Assembly: GCA_035221665.1 (NCBI GenBank)
Contig: CM069135.1
Coordinates: forward strand, 86,118,001 to 86,182,000
Reading direction: 5' to 3'
From: Okamejei kenojei
Lineage: Eukaryota
Length of the DNA stretch: 64,000 nt
The position numbers were made by a program, and so were the translations under genes. Below, piece after piece: positions 49,438-62,000 of the stretch; the stretch's first letter is position 1; every line of letters starts with the position of its first letter. Below the pieces are notes generated by a model. That model saw only the letters and a program-made list of their open reading frames with translations, was not told where the DNA came from and searched no databases.

Positions 49438-49960
49438 GACATAGAAACATAGAAAGAAACATAGCAAAATAGGTGCTGGAGTAGACCATTCAGCTCTTCG
49501 AGCAAGCAACGCCATACAATATGATCATGGTTGATCATCTAAAATCAGTACCCTGTTTTTCCCCATATCCCTTGATTCCTTTAGCCCTAAGAGCTAAATC
49601 TAACTCTCTTAAAAACATCTAGTGAAATGGCCTCCAGTGGCTTCTGTTGCAGAGAATTCCACAGATTCATAACTCTCTGGGTGAAGAGGTGTTTCCTCAT
49701 CTCAGTCCTAAATGGCCTGCGCCTTATTCTTAAACTGTGGGGGTTTTTAGACTCCCCCAACAAAGGGAACATTTAGCCAGTCCAATCCTTTGAGAATTTT
49801 ATGTTTCTATAAGATCCCCTCTCCATACTTCTAAATTCCAGTGACTACAAGCTTAGTCGACCCATTCTTACATCATATGTCAGTCCTGCCATCCGGGAAT
49901 TAACCTGGTGAACCTATGCTGCACTCCCTGAATGGCAATAATGTCCTTTCTCAAATTTGT
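49438..49960 (-). mobile_element. CR1 3' end
   Basis: ORF 49587..49772 FRTEMRKHLFTQRVMNLWNSL; CATAGAAACATAGAAA tail. Confidence 0.9.
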
Positions 49961-50364
49961 CTCATATCAATCAATCAGAAGACTTTATTGTCATTCAAAA
50001 ATACACAAACAAATGCAAGTCTGAATGAAATTTCGTTGCATCTGGCTCATCTAGCATAAAGCCTCAGCATTACATTTCTGTGTTTATATTCTAGTCCTCA
50101 AAAAATAAATGCGAGCTCGCTCGATATAATGCCATTATGATCCCTTTTAATGCTGCTCTATGAGCATTTCTGTTCCTGAGAACACTTCATGAACGCCAAG
50201 CACTGGCTGTATTGAGCGTGGGTTGCATTCCCCTGCATTTTCATCATAGATGTCCCAAATTTGCTTTGAATACAATTTCAGGAATAACAGTAAAGGGGTC
50301 ATAAAATCATTTTTTAAAAAAAGGCCTCCAGCTTGGAATTAAATTAATTGGAGGCAGAAGTGCC

Positions 50365-50582
50365 GGTATTTGCTGGAATCTTGAGCAAAAAATCTAACCG
50401 CTGGAGCAACTCAGCAGGTCAGGTAGCATGTTTAAAGGGAAATGGATAGACCTTTTGGGTCGGGACCCTTCTTCAGGCTCAAATGGATAGATGACATTTC
50501 AGTTTGAAGAAGGGTCCTGACCTGAAACATCATCTGCCCAATTCCTTACACCTTATCCTTTACTTCCTCCAGCAGTTTGTTT
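50365..50582. mobile_element. Old PLE terminal-repeat fold-back
   Basis: GGGTCGGGACCCTTCTTCAG and TTGAAGAAGGGTCCTGACCTGAAACATC. Confidence 0.7.
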
Positions 50583-50717
50583 GTATTGAATGAAATTAGT
50601 TTCCCTGAATGAATGACTGACACCAGCTAGGTCTGAAAACAAAGGGCACAAAAGTCCTCTTATGAAGGTACTTTCTTACTCACCAGATTTACCAGCTACA
50701 GTACATAATACCCAGTA

Positions 50718-50999
50718 GGCCACAGTGGCGCAGGGCCGGAGATCCGGGTTCGATTCCGACAATGAGGGCTGTCTGTACGGAGTTTGTACGTTCTCCCCGT
50801 GATCGCGTGGGTTTTCTTCGAGATCTTTGGTTTCTTCCCACACTCCAAAGACGTACAGGTTTGTAGGTTAGTTGGCTTGGTGTAAGTGTAAATTGTCCCT
50901 AGTGTGTGTAGGGTAGTATTAATGTGCGGGGATCGCTGGTCGGTGCGGACTCGGTGGGCCGAACAGTCTGTTTCCGCGCTGTACCTCTAAACTAAACTA
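50718..50999 (+). mobile_element. HE1 V-SINE (young, short deletion in head)
   Basis: GGTTCGATTCC B-box, CpG-rich V-domain, tail. Confidence 0.92.
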
Positions 51000-51459
51000 C
51001 AATGCGTATTCATTTTAAACTGACATATATAATCAACTAAAGTTGAGTCCTTATATAAAAGTAGCTAACGGGATACTTAACAAACAATCATAGTTGCGTC
51101 AGTTGAGCACTACATAAGTTCAGTTAAGTGGTTTAGTTCACACTCACCACTTCTCCTTTGCAATTATCTGACTTGAACAGACCACTCATAAGCTAATAAT
51201 ATAATCCTGATCTCTCATTATATAACACTATATTCGACATTCTGTTTCCTTTCTCTTCGGCATTATCTGTTCTACTCAGGTCTGAGACAATATGCTGGAC
51301 AGAGGACAAAGGACACTGCATCTCGGACCATCCAGAGATGCTACCTGACCCGCTGACTTACTCCAGCATTTTGAGTCCATCTTCAGTAGAAACCAGCATC
51401 TGCAGTTCCTTCCTACACACTGCATCTCAGTGCACCTGAGAAAAATAAACAAGTTCAGA

Positions 51460-51885
51460 GGAGTAGAGGAGTAGAATTAGGCCATTCGGCCCATCAAGTC
51501 TATTCCACCATTCAATCATGGCTGATCAGCTTCCTAATACCGTTTTCCTGCCTTCTCCTAATAACCCTTGACTCCCGTTCTAATCTTTCTCCACCTTAAA
51601 AATATCCACTGACTTGGCCTCCACAACCCTCTGTGGCAATGAGTTCCACAGATTAACCACCCTCTGACTAATGAAGTTCCTCCTCACCTTCTTTCTAAAA
51701 GAGTGTTTTTTTATTCTGAGGCCATGACCTCTGGTCCTGGACCCTCCCACCAGTGGAAACATCCTTTCCACATCCACTCTATCTATGACTTTCATTATTC
51801 TGTAAGTTTCAACGAGGTCCCCCCTCAACCTTCTAAACTCCAGCAAGTAGAGGCCCAGTGCTGTCAAATGCTCATCAAATGCTAG
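51460..51885 (-). mobile_element. CR1 3' end
   Basis: ORF 51580..51867 LEFRRLRGDLVETYRIM…QRVVNLWNSLPQ. Confidence 0.9.
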
Positions 51886-52202
51886 ACCAAGACTATTTTA
51901 ACCAATGCCAATAATTGGAAGCAACTGTGTCTCCAAGGCAGGAGATTTGGCATTCAATGGAGTTACTGACATCAGGAGTAACACTAGCTCAGTCATCTGA
52001 AGCAGAAATTTTGGATTCAGTCCTATCCCAATAGTCCTGACCTGTGGAGAAAGGAACTCAGGGCATGGCAATTGAATGCAAAGGGAATACTTATTTCTAA
52101 TGGACAGGGGTAATTTTTGCCATTGCAATTCAGCTAGATTCTCTCAGTGTCCAGATGATTCTAGTACAAGGGACCACAGATTGAAAGAAAAGCAGAAAAT
52201 AA

Positions 52203-52485
52203 AGTGGCACAGTGGCAGAGTTGCTGCCTTAAAGTGCCAGAGACCCGGGTTTGATCCCGACTGCGGGGACTTTGTACATTCTCCCTATGACTACGTGGGT
52301 TTTCTCTGTGTGCTCCGGTTTCTTTCCACAATCTAAAGACTTACAAGTTTGTTGGTTAATTGGCTTTGGTAAAATTGTAACTTGTGTCTGGTATGTAGGA
52401 TAGTGCCAGTGTATGGGGTGATCACTGGTCAGCGCAAACTCGGTGGGACAAAGGGCCTGTTTCCTCACTGTATGTCTAAAGTAAA
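52203..52485 (+). mobile_element. HE1 V-SINE
   Basis: Head GTGGCACAGTGGCAGAGTTGCTGCC, V-domain, tail. Confidence 0.88.
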
Positions 52486-52929
52486 AGCAATTTTACCCAT
52501 CCAGTGGTGCAGTAAGATCTCCGCTTTAAAGATTTCCTTCAATCAGTGAGCACAAATAAAGCCTTCCTCTTAATAGCTGATAGCGTTTTGGGATCAGAAG
52601 CTAAAAGGTTTTTAACTGGTCTGAACACAAACTCACAAGAAGCTGATTGAAGAAATCGAGAGTATAAATGTTTAATATCATAAATCAATCTCTGGATAAG
52701 GTTTACAGGGCAGTCTTTGTAGCCTTTGTACATTGGGAGCCTTTGTGTCTCTGCAACCCAATGCCTGAAGCCACCTTTGGACAAAACCAGGGACTGGTGC
52801 TTAAAAGCAAACAACTAGTGGATAAAAAGTTATTTCTTGCACACAAGTGCTTTGTGTATATTAAATAAATTATAAGTGCACAGAGGTGGTCCAGCATTCA
52901 TGATTCTTGTGACCGGAGTTCAATTTTAA

Positions 52930-53627
52930 TGGGCTTGTCCCACTTAGGCGATTTTTTCGGCGACGGCTGCTGACTGTATCAATCTTAGCAGGTTTCCGAA
53001 AAAGCAGCGACTGGAGCCCACCTACGACAATGTCTACGACAAGTTACAACAACCTACCACCTAGTCGATGTCAAGCTATGGCAAGCTATCAACAACCGGC
53101 GACCTATTATGACGTCCACCTACGACCACACCTATGACGAACCTACAACCACACAGGTGACAACCTATGACAACACAGGCGACAACCTACGACAACCAAA
53201 GTCAACCTACATCCATGACAGCCTACATACCTACCTACCTACAACCTACAAGCCACGACACTGTCGGCGAATACTGAAGACACTGAAGACAATTCAGTTG
53301 CCGGTACCTGTCGCCAGTTGACGTAGTCGCCAATGGAATTCACCAAAGTCAGCACCCGGCAACAACCAACTTCACCTGGCGACAACCCGTGTCATCCTGG
53401 CGACAACCTACGATAGGAGAAGGCAAGCTACGTCAAGCTACGTCAAGCCCACAGTCAACGAAAAGTTTTGAACATTTCGAAATCCAGCGGAGACCAGAAA
53501 AACGTTACGACTCTTTAGGCGACTTGAGGAGACTACTAACGACCATACAGGCATCACCCCGCGACCATGTGGCGACAGCCTAGTCACCAGTAGTCACCAA
53601 AAAAATCGCCGAAGTGGTACAGGAGCT
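52930..53627. mobile_element. PIF/Harbinger-type MITE with (CGACAACCTA)-like internal repeats, inserted in an old V-SINE
   Basis: TAA|TGGGCTTGTCCCACTTAGGCGATTTTTT … AAAAAATCGCCGAAGTGGTACAGGAGCT|TAA; V-domain resumes at about 53636. Confidence 0.85.
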
Positions 53628-54043
53628 TAACTTTGCTGCTGCTGTCTGCACTGAGTTTGCATGTTCTCCTTGCGACCACGTGGTTTTCCCTCAGGCACTA
53701 TAATTTCCTTACGTCCCAAAGATGTACTTGAAGGTTAATTGGTTTTGGTAAATCACCGCTAAGTGCAGTAAATAGTAAAACAAAATCAAAGGCGTTTTGA
53801 GGAACAGAGGGACCTTGTTGTACAAATCCACTTTGAGGACTTCCTCAGCTTACGAATGCCCACATACGTACACCCCATGCATTTGAATGAATGTTTGTGA
53901 GATTGGTAGGATGGATTTTCCGGTTGTGCAAAAAGGCTAGAGACCATGTTCCAGTAAATTAGAATAGTATGGATGGGTACTAGATGGTCAGCATGGACAG
54001 AGTGGACTGAAGTGGACTATTTCTGTGCTGTATGACTCTAATT

Positions 54044-54840
54044 CAAAGGACAAAGGACAAAGGACATATATTGTCACATTCACCAATTGGTGCAGTGAAA
54101 TTTGAGTTACCATAAATGAGATAAACACAACACTATAGAATTTAACATAAAACATCCCCCACAGCGGAATCAACGTTTCCCACTGTGAGGGAAGGTAATA
54201 AAGTTCAGTCCTCTTCGTCATGTTCACCCGTGGTCGGGGCCTATTGAGGCCTCCGCAGTCGCCGCAATGGCGGCCCGATGTTTCAGGCCCTCTCGCCGGG
54301 ATGGTGAAACTCTGACGTCGGAACGGAAGAACACTCTCCAAATCGGTCGCTTTCTACCAGAGACGGCGGCTTCCGAAGTCTGCAGGCCGAGCTGGGCGGA
54401 GCTCCAACGACTTCGGCGAAAGATCCCAGGACTCCGCGATGTTCGAGTCAGCGCTGCCCGCGACTGGAAGCGCCGCAGACCACAGCTCCACGGTTTCAAG
54501 TCAGCAGGCCCTTTGGAGTTCCACACGGCAATCCCGGTAAGGCATCGCCCACTCCGCGATGGAATTCATTGCTGCGCTGCTGCTGAAGCGCTGGCCGGTC
54601 GCCGGCAGGAAAGGCCGCACCTATACAGATGGTAGGCCGCGAGGAGGGGGCGAAGATGCGGCTCGGAGAAAAGACGTATCCTCGACCAGGTAGTGACTGA
54701 GAAGACGGTTTCCCCTCCCCCCCCCACATAAAAAAGACTAAAATACCTCCAAAAACAAACTTTTAGACAGAGTAAAAATAACAAAAAGGGTGAAAGGACA
54801 GACAGCTGCTGGTGAGGCTGCCACCCTCGATGGCACCACC
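54044..54840 (-). mobile_element. CpG-rich non-coding retroelement with Rex1-like tail (copy 2)
   Basis: Collinear with 11201-12021; (TGTCCTT)n tail on the minus strand. Confidence 0.75.
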
Positions 54841-54887
54841 ACTCGGTTTGGCGCTTGCAATGGGGAATGGAACTGATGGGATTGCTC

Positions 54888-55052
54888 TGACAATAGACAA
54901 TAGGTGCAGGAGTAGGCCATTTGGCCCTTCTAGCCAGCACCGCCATTCAATATGATCATGGCTGATCATCCCCAATCAGTACCCCATTCCAGACTTCTCC
55001 CCATATCCCCTGACCGCTATTTTTAAGAGCCCTATCTAGCTCTCGCTTGAAA
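54888..55052 (-). mobile_element. CR1 3' tail
   Basis: GACAATAGACAATAGGTGCAGGAGTAGGCC. Confidence 0.88.
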
Positions 55053-55149
55053 TCTCTGCTGAGAGATGGCATGGACCTGATGGTCTGAATGGCCTCCTTG
55101 TCAAAATAAGCATACACCAAGGGCAACAGCTGATGCACATACCGAGGAC

Positions 55150-55750
55150 ATATGGTGGCACACTCTCATGTTGAACTCGCCAGTGTTAGTAAAAGCTAGT
55201 TGCCGGAAGTTGCCGTAATTTGTGTAGAATCACTGAAACACATTCTGCAAGCATTATTATACAGATTAACTGCTTGGTTTTTTTTGAATGCACTACGGTA
55301 AATTTTATAGTTTGGGACGGTGCTCTTGTGTGATAGGAGCACATATCACAAATACAGCCAGCCAGTTCAATTTATTGCCTGCCAATTTCTCATCCATTAA
55401 AATTAATGGTCTACTTCATAAAATTTTCCCTGTAAACCCATAGAGGAAATAAGAGTTTTTCAGATGGATGGTTAACACCAGGATTGAAATATAATTTGAA
55501 ATAAAGCATTATGTGAATTTATTTCTTTGCTGGTCAGAGTTATAACTGTCTGTCCATGTTCATACATCTGTCATTTAAATTCATAAATATGTGCATTTAT
55601 TTATTTGTCTAATCAGTTCTAGGCAAACTATCTTTTCCCCTGTCTATTTATATGCACAATTAATTATTATTTGGATTCCCTTCCAGTTATTGCACCAGTT
55701 ATTCAAGTATCTGCAGCTGACCTAAACAAGCTCATATTACCTTTTCTTAA
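55150..55750. promoter_or_regulatory. Candidate conserved non-coding block
   Basis: Repeat-free and TAAT-rich; CCATTAA-AA-TTAATGG 55394-55409; CATAAAA 55417-55423. Confidence 0.35.
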
Positions 55751-56049
55751 ACTACAAAATATTTGACTACTTCATCACACAGCTTTCCCAACCCTGTTCT
55801 TATTCCGGGGGGAATCCGTGAACTGTATTAAACTTGCCGACACTACCCACCTGCACAGTGTGAGCGCTTTGCCAGACCAGACTCAAAGCTGCTTGAATCT
55901 GGCTGCTTTGGGATGGAACCGACTAATAGTCTGACTTTAGGAAAACCTACAGATCACTCAGTGCCCAGTTTCAATTTAAAAGCAGCCTAGGTTTTGGTAA
56001 AACGTTTAAATGACATATTAGAGAATAAGTGTAATTTGACCAAGAAACA

Positions 56050-56405
56050 GAAGACATAGGTGAAGGGTAAAAGATTTAATAGGAATCTGTGGGGTAACGT
56101 TTTCCACACAAAAGGGTGGTGGGCGTATGGAACGAGCTGCCAGAGGAGGTAGTCGAGACAGGGACTATCGCAATGCTTTCGAAACAAGTAGACAGGTACA
56201 GGGATAGAACAGGTTTAAAAAAATATGGGCCAAACACAGGCAGGTGGGACTAGTGTAGATGGAACAATGTTGGCAGGTGTGGGCAATTTGGGCCGAAGGG
56301 CCTGTTTCCACACTTTATCACTCTATGACTCTAAATATGGGCCAAACGCAGACAAGTGTGACGAATGTAGATGGGACATGTTAGTCAGTGTGGGTAAATT
56401 GGCAA
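56050..56405 (+). mobile_element. HER1-type CR1 3' end with partial tandem second tail
   Basis: RVVGVWNELPEEVV; GGGCCGAAGGGCCTGTTTCC…CTCTATGACTCT; ATATGGGCCAAAC occurs twice. Confidence 0.88.
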
Positions 56406-56883
56406 GACCACTGGCCTCACACATACACAGACTTCCACATTTACAAAAACCATAAGAAATAGGAGCAGGAAGAGGGCCATTCGGACCACTGAGCCTAGTC
56501 TGCTGTTCACTGATCATGACTGATGATCTTCCACAAACATAATTTGCCTGTCCTTTCCCTACATCTCTTGATTTCCTTAATATCCAGAATCCATTGAATT
56601 TAAATCAATTTTAACTGATATCTTAGTTCACATTAGGGACTGAAATCCATCAGTTGTACAAATGCCTCGACATTACCAACTCTTCGAGCAAAGGAGCATA
56701 CACTCAAGTGGAATTGAACTTTCTCTTGTGGCCATTTTCGTACATGGGCATGGAGAATACAAATCCTTGTTTTCATGCAGTAATTTCTGTACTTTTCAGA
56801 TGCCAGAGTTCATCTAATGAACTGATTAATGATAATGTAATGATAAAGTCATTATTTGTTTGTTTGGTGAATGCAGACTGCTG

Positions 56884-56972
56884 TGTGAAGGGAAAGGTGC
56901 CGACCTGAAACGTCACCAATCCTATTCTCCAGAAATGCTGCCTGACCTGCTGAGTTACTCCAGCACTTTGTG
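56884..56972 (+). mobile_element. PLE terminal-repeat fragment
   Basis: GACCTGAAACGTCACC…GCTGCCTGACCTGCTGAGTTACTCCAGCAC. Confidence 0.7.
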
Positions 56973-57779
56973 CTAGGTGATTTTAATTGATATCTTAGAT
57001 TACATTAGGGACTGAATTTTAGGAGCACGCCTTTGGGTTCAAAGTGCTCAAGGACATCATGAGATGATGAATGCAGATGATTATTTTCCTGTATTTCAAC
57101 AGCACAAAACAGCAAAGAGAAACTGGTCACAGAATTTGCAGTTTACCCTCAGTAGGGATTCTTCAGAGTCACTGCTGAATTTCTAGATGATTACATTTGA
57201 ATTGTGACCTCTTGTTATTATGATATGCCATGAACTATACATGATGAACATCTTTCAGATTAGGATTTAATTAGGGAGGTCTTCAATCAAACCAAATTAA
57301 ACTGAATTGAGCCAATTTCCCTAATCTGGCTAGTTAACTCTCATTTCCAGAATGCATCAACAAAACAATAGCAGCTGGCTAGCCTGGAGGGAAATTATTC
57401 TAAATATACTTTGAATATATTGAGCAGTTTAAAGAAAAATTATTCACTGAAAATTATTCACGTTAAAATGAACTTTGAATTTCCACTAACAACAAAATGC
57501 CCAATTTGAGCACGTGGAGTCAAACTCATTAAAACTCCAGAGCTGGAAAACAGATTGGTCGCCTGACAAATGTTGTGGGAGAACATTAGCGATAATAATA
57601 AACACCGTTAACTTCTGAAAGGTACCCTGAATGGTAGCCAAGGTGTTCAAAAGTAGCCACACAGCGCCAGTAATATGTGCACTTTAGGAGATGCCAGAAA
57701 CCTGTCGCCCCGACAAACTGGAGATACGCTGATTTGAACACTTTAATGTACTAGAAACTTGTTTGAAAACCTCTCCGTC

Positions 57780-58100
57780 AAACAACACTCAAGCGGCCGC
57801 TCGAGCACACACGATTCAGGGGGCCCGTCTGCCAGCTATAAAGGCCGAAATTGGATACGAGGGGAGATTAATTACCAAGATAGCGAACGATAATGCAAGT
57901 TAAATGGGAAAGTAATTAAAGTGCACCTTCCATGAAAATTATTCATTGCTGATGGATCAGGTGACAGATAAATCAAAAACCGTTTACAAAAAAAGCTACA
58001 GGTTAACACAGGCAGGCCTTTCCCTTGTGAGAGCATGGCAGTTTCTGCAGCTGTTGAATTGAATTATGCTGGGGCAGTGTTCATCAAATTACTTCACCGA
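57780..58100. promoter_or_regulatory. Candidate conserved enhancer with compact Pbx-Hox/Meis cassette
   Basis: TGATGGAT 57950-57957, TGACAG 57962-57967, ATAAATCA 57968-57975; retained CpGs; repeat-free context. Confidence 0.5.
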
Positions 58101-58424
58101 AGCACACACTTTAAGAGCAAAGAGAAAGGATGAGGTAATGTAAAGCTACCAACGTAAATGTTTGTGGAGAAGCAGTCCACAACTTTGCTTTGGAAAGAGG
58201 TGAACAGGAGGTGGAGCGGTCAGCCGTATGGTTCTAGATTACTGCATCACTCAACATCATTTAGTTCCTTTATTGAAACAGTGTCCATCAAAAAGGGAGA
58301 GATAAATCAATATGATTTGTCTCCCCAGTGAATAATACTCAAGAGATTAAAGTGACAATATCCTTTTTGTTCCATATCCTTTGGTTCAGTATTTGAGTAA
58401 GATTATTATTTTACTCAAATACTG

Positions 58425-58995
58425 TTATAGAGCTGTACAGCTTAGAAATAGGCCCTTCACCATTGGATGTTAACCAAATTAGTATATTGGGCTCATCCCA
58501 TTTGCCGCATTTGGCCCATAACCCTCTGAGCCCTTCTGATCCATATATCTGTCCAAATGTCTTTTTAAAGTATATTCTCTTCTTAATCTTCTTCTGGCAG
58601 CTCATTCTAGATACGAACTACATTCCGAGTGAAAAGGTTGCCTCCGAAGTCCCTCTTAAATCTCTCCCCTCTCACCTCAAAGCCTCGGCCCTCTAGTTTT
58701 ACAATCCTCGACCCTTGGAGAAAGGCCACGAGCATTTATTTTATCCTTGCCCCTCATTATCTTAATAGAGTCATCCCTCAGCATCCTATATTCAAAACGA
58801 AGAAAGTCCCAGCCAATGTTACCTTGCACTATTACTCAAGCCTACAAGACAAGGTAACATAGAAGCATAGAAAATAGATATAGGAGTAGGCTATTCGGCC
58901 CTTCGAGCCTGAACCGCCATTCAATAATTCAGTACCCGAGTACATCCTGGTGAACCTCTCCTGCACCCTTTCCAATTTAATGAATCCTTCCTGCA
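58425..58995 (-). mobile_element. HER1-type CR1 3' fragment interrupted by a second CR1 tail
   Basis: ACAT duplicated at 58857-58860 and 58942-58945; KLERVQERFTRM. Confidence 0.8.
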
Positions 58996-59704
58996 ACCAG
59001 AATGCCACAGTATTGATCATTGTTTCTGATGAATAGAACCCAGTTTTACAAAATCTTTAAAACTTTACCCCAGGATTCCTACTTATACACAGATCAAGGC
59101 ACTGATTTCCAAGTGGGGCCACTCAATTCCTCATGAAACTACACACAGAAACCCCTCAAAACCCATTCACCATAGTTTCTTTTTCTGATAGGTTAGAGCA
59201 AGATGAAACAAAAGTAAATCCTGTAGGAAGAGTGACTAACCACGTACATTAATAGGACTGGTCAACTCTATGGGACACAGTTCGTGGTCTACATTCCTAG
59301 AAATTGATCAATAAAAGTTTATTATTTCAGTATGCTCCAACAGAACCAAGGCTCTGCAAACTGAAGGAGCAGTGGGAACAAAGCCACTGACAGAGTGAGA
59401 CATGTTTTCCACTACCATAGTGTTTGACTATCTATAGCACTATAATATTCAATGCAATTATAAAATAGACTCCATGTAGTCAAATCTATTGATTCAGTAG
59501 TTTTTTAAAGAAGGAACTGCAGATTGACGCCAGTTAAATTCCCTCCCCACCTCAAGACACCTCAGACACTCTCCATCGGCTTCATTCCATTCAGGCATCC
59601 TCTCATCTTTACCATGTAAACCTAAGGACTCTCAAAGCCTCTTCTTCCTCGACCAGTGACACCCTGTGTCCTCACCCACAATAACTTCTCTTTTGTGTGT
59701 ATAT

Positions 59705-59708
<4 letters not shown>

Positions 59709-59745
<37 letters not shown>
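59709..59745 (+). repeat. (CA)n microsatellite next to the Tc1 insertion site
   Basis: Direct observation. Confidence 0.95.
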
Positions 59746-59749
<4 letters not shown>

Positions 59750-59751
<2 letters not shown>

Positions 59752-61435
59752 GTGGACTTGCAAAAGTATTCATACCCCTTGAACTTTTCCAAATTTAGTC
59801 ACGTTACAACCACCCCCTAAATATATTTTCCAGGATTTTATGTGATATACCAACACAAAGTGGTGCATACCTGCACCTCCTCCTACTGTGAGAGAGGAAG
59901 GTGAAATGATACATGGTTTCCAAATTTTTATTACAACATGGAAAAAGCACTGAAAAGTGTGCTAGTCGTGCAAAAGTACCAGCTTCAGCCCCCCCTGAGT
60001 CAATACTTTGTAGAACCACCTTTCTCCTTCGCTGCAATTACACCTATTGATTCTGCAAGTCAGACAGTTTTGCAATGGCTATCTTCTCGATGTATGTGTC
60101 TCTACCAACTTTGCACATCTATAGACAGACACTTTTGCCCATTGTTCTTTGCAAAATAGCTCAAGCTCAGTCAGATTGGATGGAGAGCGTCTGTGAACAG
60201 CAATTTTCAAGTCTTGCCAGAGATTCTCAATCGGATTTAGGTCTGGAATTTGACTGGGCCATTCTAACACATGTATATGCTTTGATCTAATCCATTCCAT
60301 TGTAGCTCTGGCTGTATGTTTAGGGTCGTTGTCCTGCTGGAAGGTGAACCTCCACCCCAAGTCTTTTGCAGACTCTAACAGGTTTTCTTCCAAGATTGCC
60401 CAGTATTTGGCTCCATCCATGTTCCCATCAACTCTGACCAGCTTCCCTGTCCCTGCTGAAGAAAAGCATCCCCACAGCATGATGCTGCCACCACCATGTT
60501 ACACAGTGGGGATGGTGTGTTCAGGGTGATGTGTAGTGTTAGTTTTCTGCCACACATAGCGTTTTGCATTTAGGTCAAAAACTTCAATTTTGGTCTCATC
60601 AGACCAGAGCACCGTCCTCCACATGTTTGCTGTGTCTCCCACATGGCTTGTGGAAAACTGCAAACGAGACATCTTATGGCTTTGTTTCAACAATGGCTTT
60701 CTTCTTGCCACTCTGCCACAAAGGCCCGATTTGTGGAGTGCATGACAAATAGTTGTCCTGTAGACAGATTCTCCCACGTGAGCTGTGGATCTCTGCCAGA
60801 GTTACCATGGGCCTCTTGGCTGCTTTTCTGATCAATGCTCTCCTTGCCCGTTCTGTCAGTTTAGGTGGACGGCCATGTCTTGGTAGGTTTGCAGTTGTGC
60901 CATACTCTCTCCATTTTCGGATGATGGATTGAACAGTGCTCCGTGAGATGTTCAAAGCTTGGGATATTTTTTTATAACCTATCCCTGCTTTAAACGTCTC
61001 CACAACTTTATCCCTGACCTGCCTGGTGTGTTCCTTGGGCTTCATGATGCCCAAGGAACATTGTTTGTTCACTAATATTCTCTAACAAACCTCTGAGGCC
61101 TTCACAGAACAGCCGTATTTATACTGAGATTAGATTACACACAAGTGCACTCTATTCACTAATTAGGTGACTTCTGAAGGCAATTGGTTGCACTGGATTT
61201 TATTTAGGGGTATCAGAGTAAAGGGGGCTGAATACTTTTGCACGCCACACTTTTCAGTTTTTTATTTGTAAAAAAAATTGAAAACAATGTATCATTTTCC
61301 TTCCACTTCACAATTATGCACCACTTTGTGTTGGTCTATCACATAAAGTCCCAATAAAATACATTTACATTTGTGGTTTTAACGTGACAAAATGTGGAAA
61401 CGTTCAAGGGGTATGAATACTTTTGCAAGTCACTG
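59750..61435 (-). mobile_element. Tc1-family DNA transposon, full length, IR/DR-type TIRs
   Basis: TA flanks at 59748-59749 and 61436-61437; TIR CAGTGACTTGCAAAAGTATTCATACCCCTTGAAC; inner DRs near 59969-59995 and 61222-61247. Confidence 0.95.
60000..61045 (-). pseudogene. Tc1 transposase (DD34E), frameshifted
   Basis: MKPKEHTRQVRDKVV…GRPPKL, WSDETK, QDNDPKH…[10 protein letters not shown] with 34 residues between D and E; split over three ORFs. Confidence 0.95.
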
Positions 61436-61690
61436 TATGTCCAACGCAATATTCCACCTCTCCACCAATTCTGGTGGCCAGTGTGTGGGGGGGGGGGGGG
61501 GGAGGGGGTTCTGGAGCGCTAGTATGGGTGTTGTGGGCTGAAGGGACTGGTTTGCAGAGGGCTAGTATGGACATTGTGGATCAAATAGATTCTTGGGGTG
61601 TCAGCTCAGTCACTCAAGCCCGATGTGCTGGCAGCTCACTCACGGCTGGTGCACTGGCAGTTGATTCATGGCTATTCCTTGAAATTCCAA

Positions 61691-61903
61691 TTCAAGCAGG
61701 GTACAAGGCCACCAAATTCAATTACAGTTTCCTGCCATTTCAAGCAGGGTGCAAGGCCACCAAATTCAAGTGCAGTTTCTTACCGCTTCATGCAGGGTGC
61801 AAGGGCACCGAATCCAAGTGCAGTTTCCGACCACTTCAAGCAGGGTGCAAGAGCACCGAATTCAAGTGAAGTGTCATACCACTTCAAGCAGGGTGCAAGG
61901 CAA
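61691..61903 (+). repeat. 48-bp minisatellite, about 4.4 units
   Basis: TTCAAGCAGGGTGCAAG-type unit starts at 61691, 61739, 61787, 61835, 61883. Confidence 0.92.
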
Positions 61904-61908
61904 CTAAT

Positions 61909-62000
61909 TCTCTCCCTCTCCCTCCCCTCCCTCCCTCTCCCTCCCTCCCTCTCCCTCTCTCTCCCCTCCCTCTCCCTCTCTCTCCCTCCCCCTCCCCCAC
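61909..62000 (+). repeat. Polypyrimidine (CCCT/CT) tract
   Basis: Direct observation. Confidence 0.9.

Noticed and set aside
52926-53630. TTAA duplication suggesting piggyBac/Kolobok
   Set aside because: The copies at 46885 and 62354 show 3-bp TWA duplications against known host sequence
61691-61903. Possible CRISPR-like array
   Set aside because: Contiguous tandem units with no unique spacers; eukaryotic context, no cas genes
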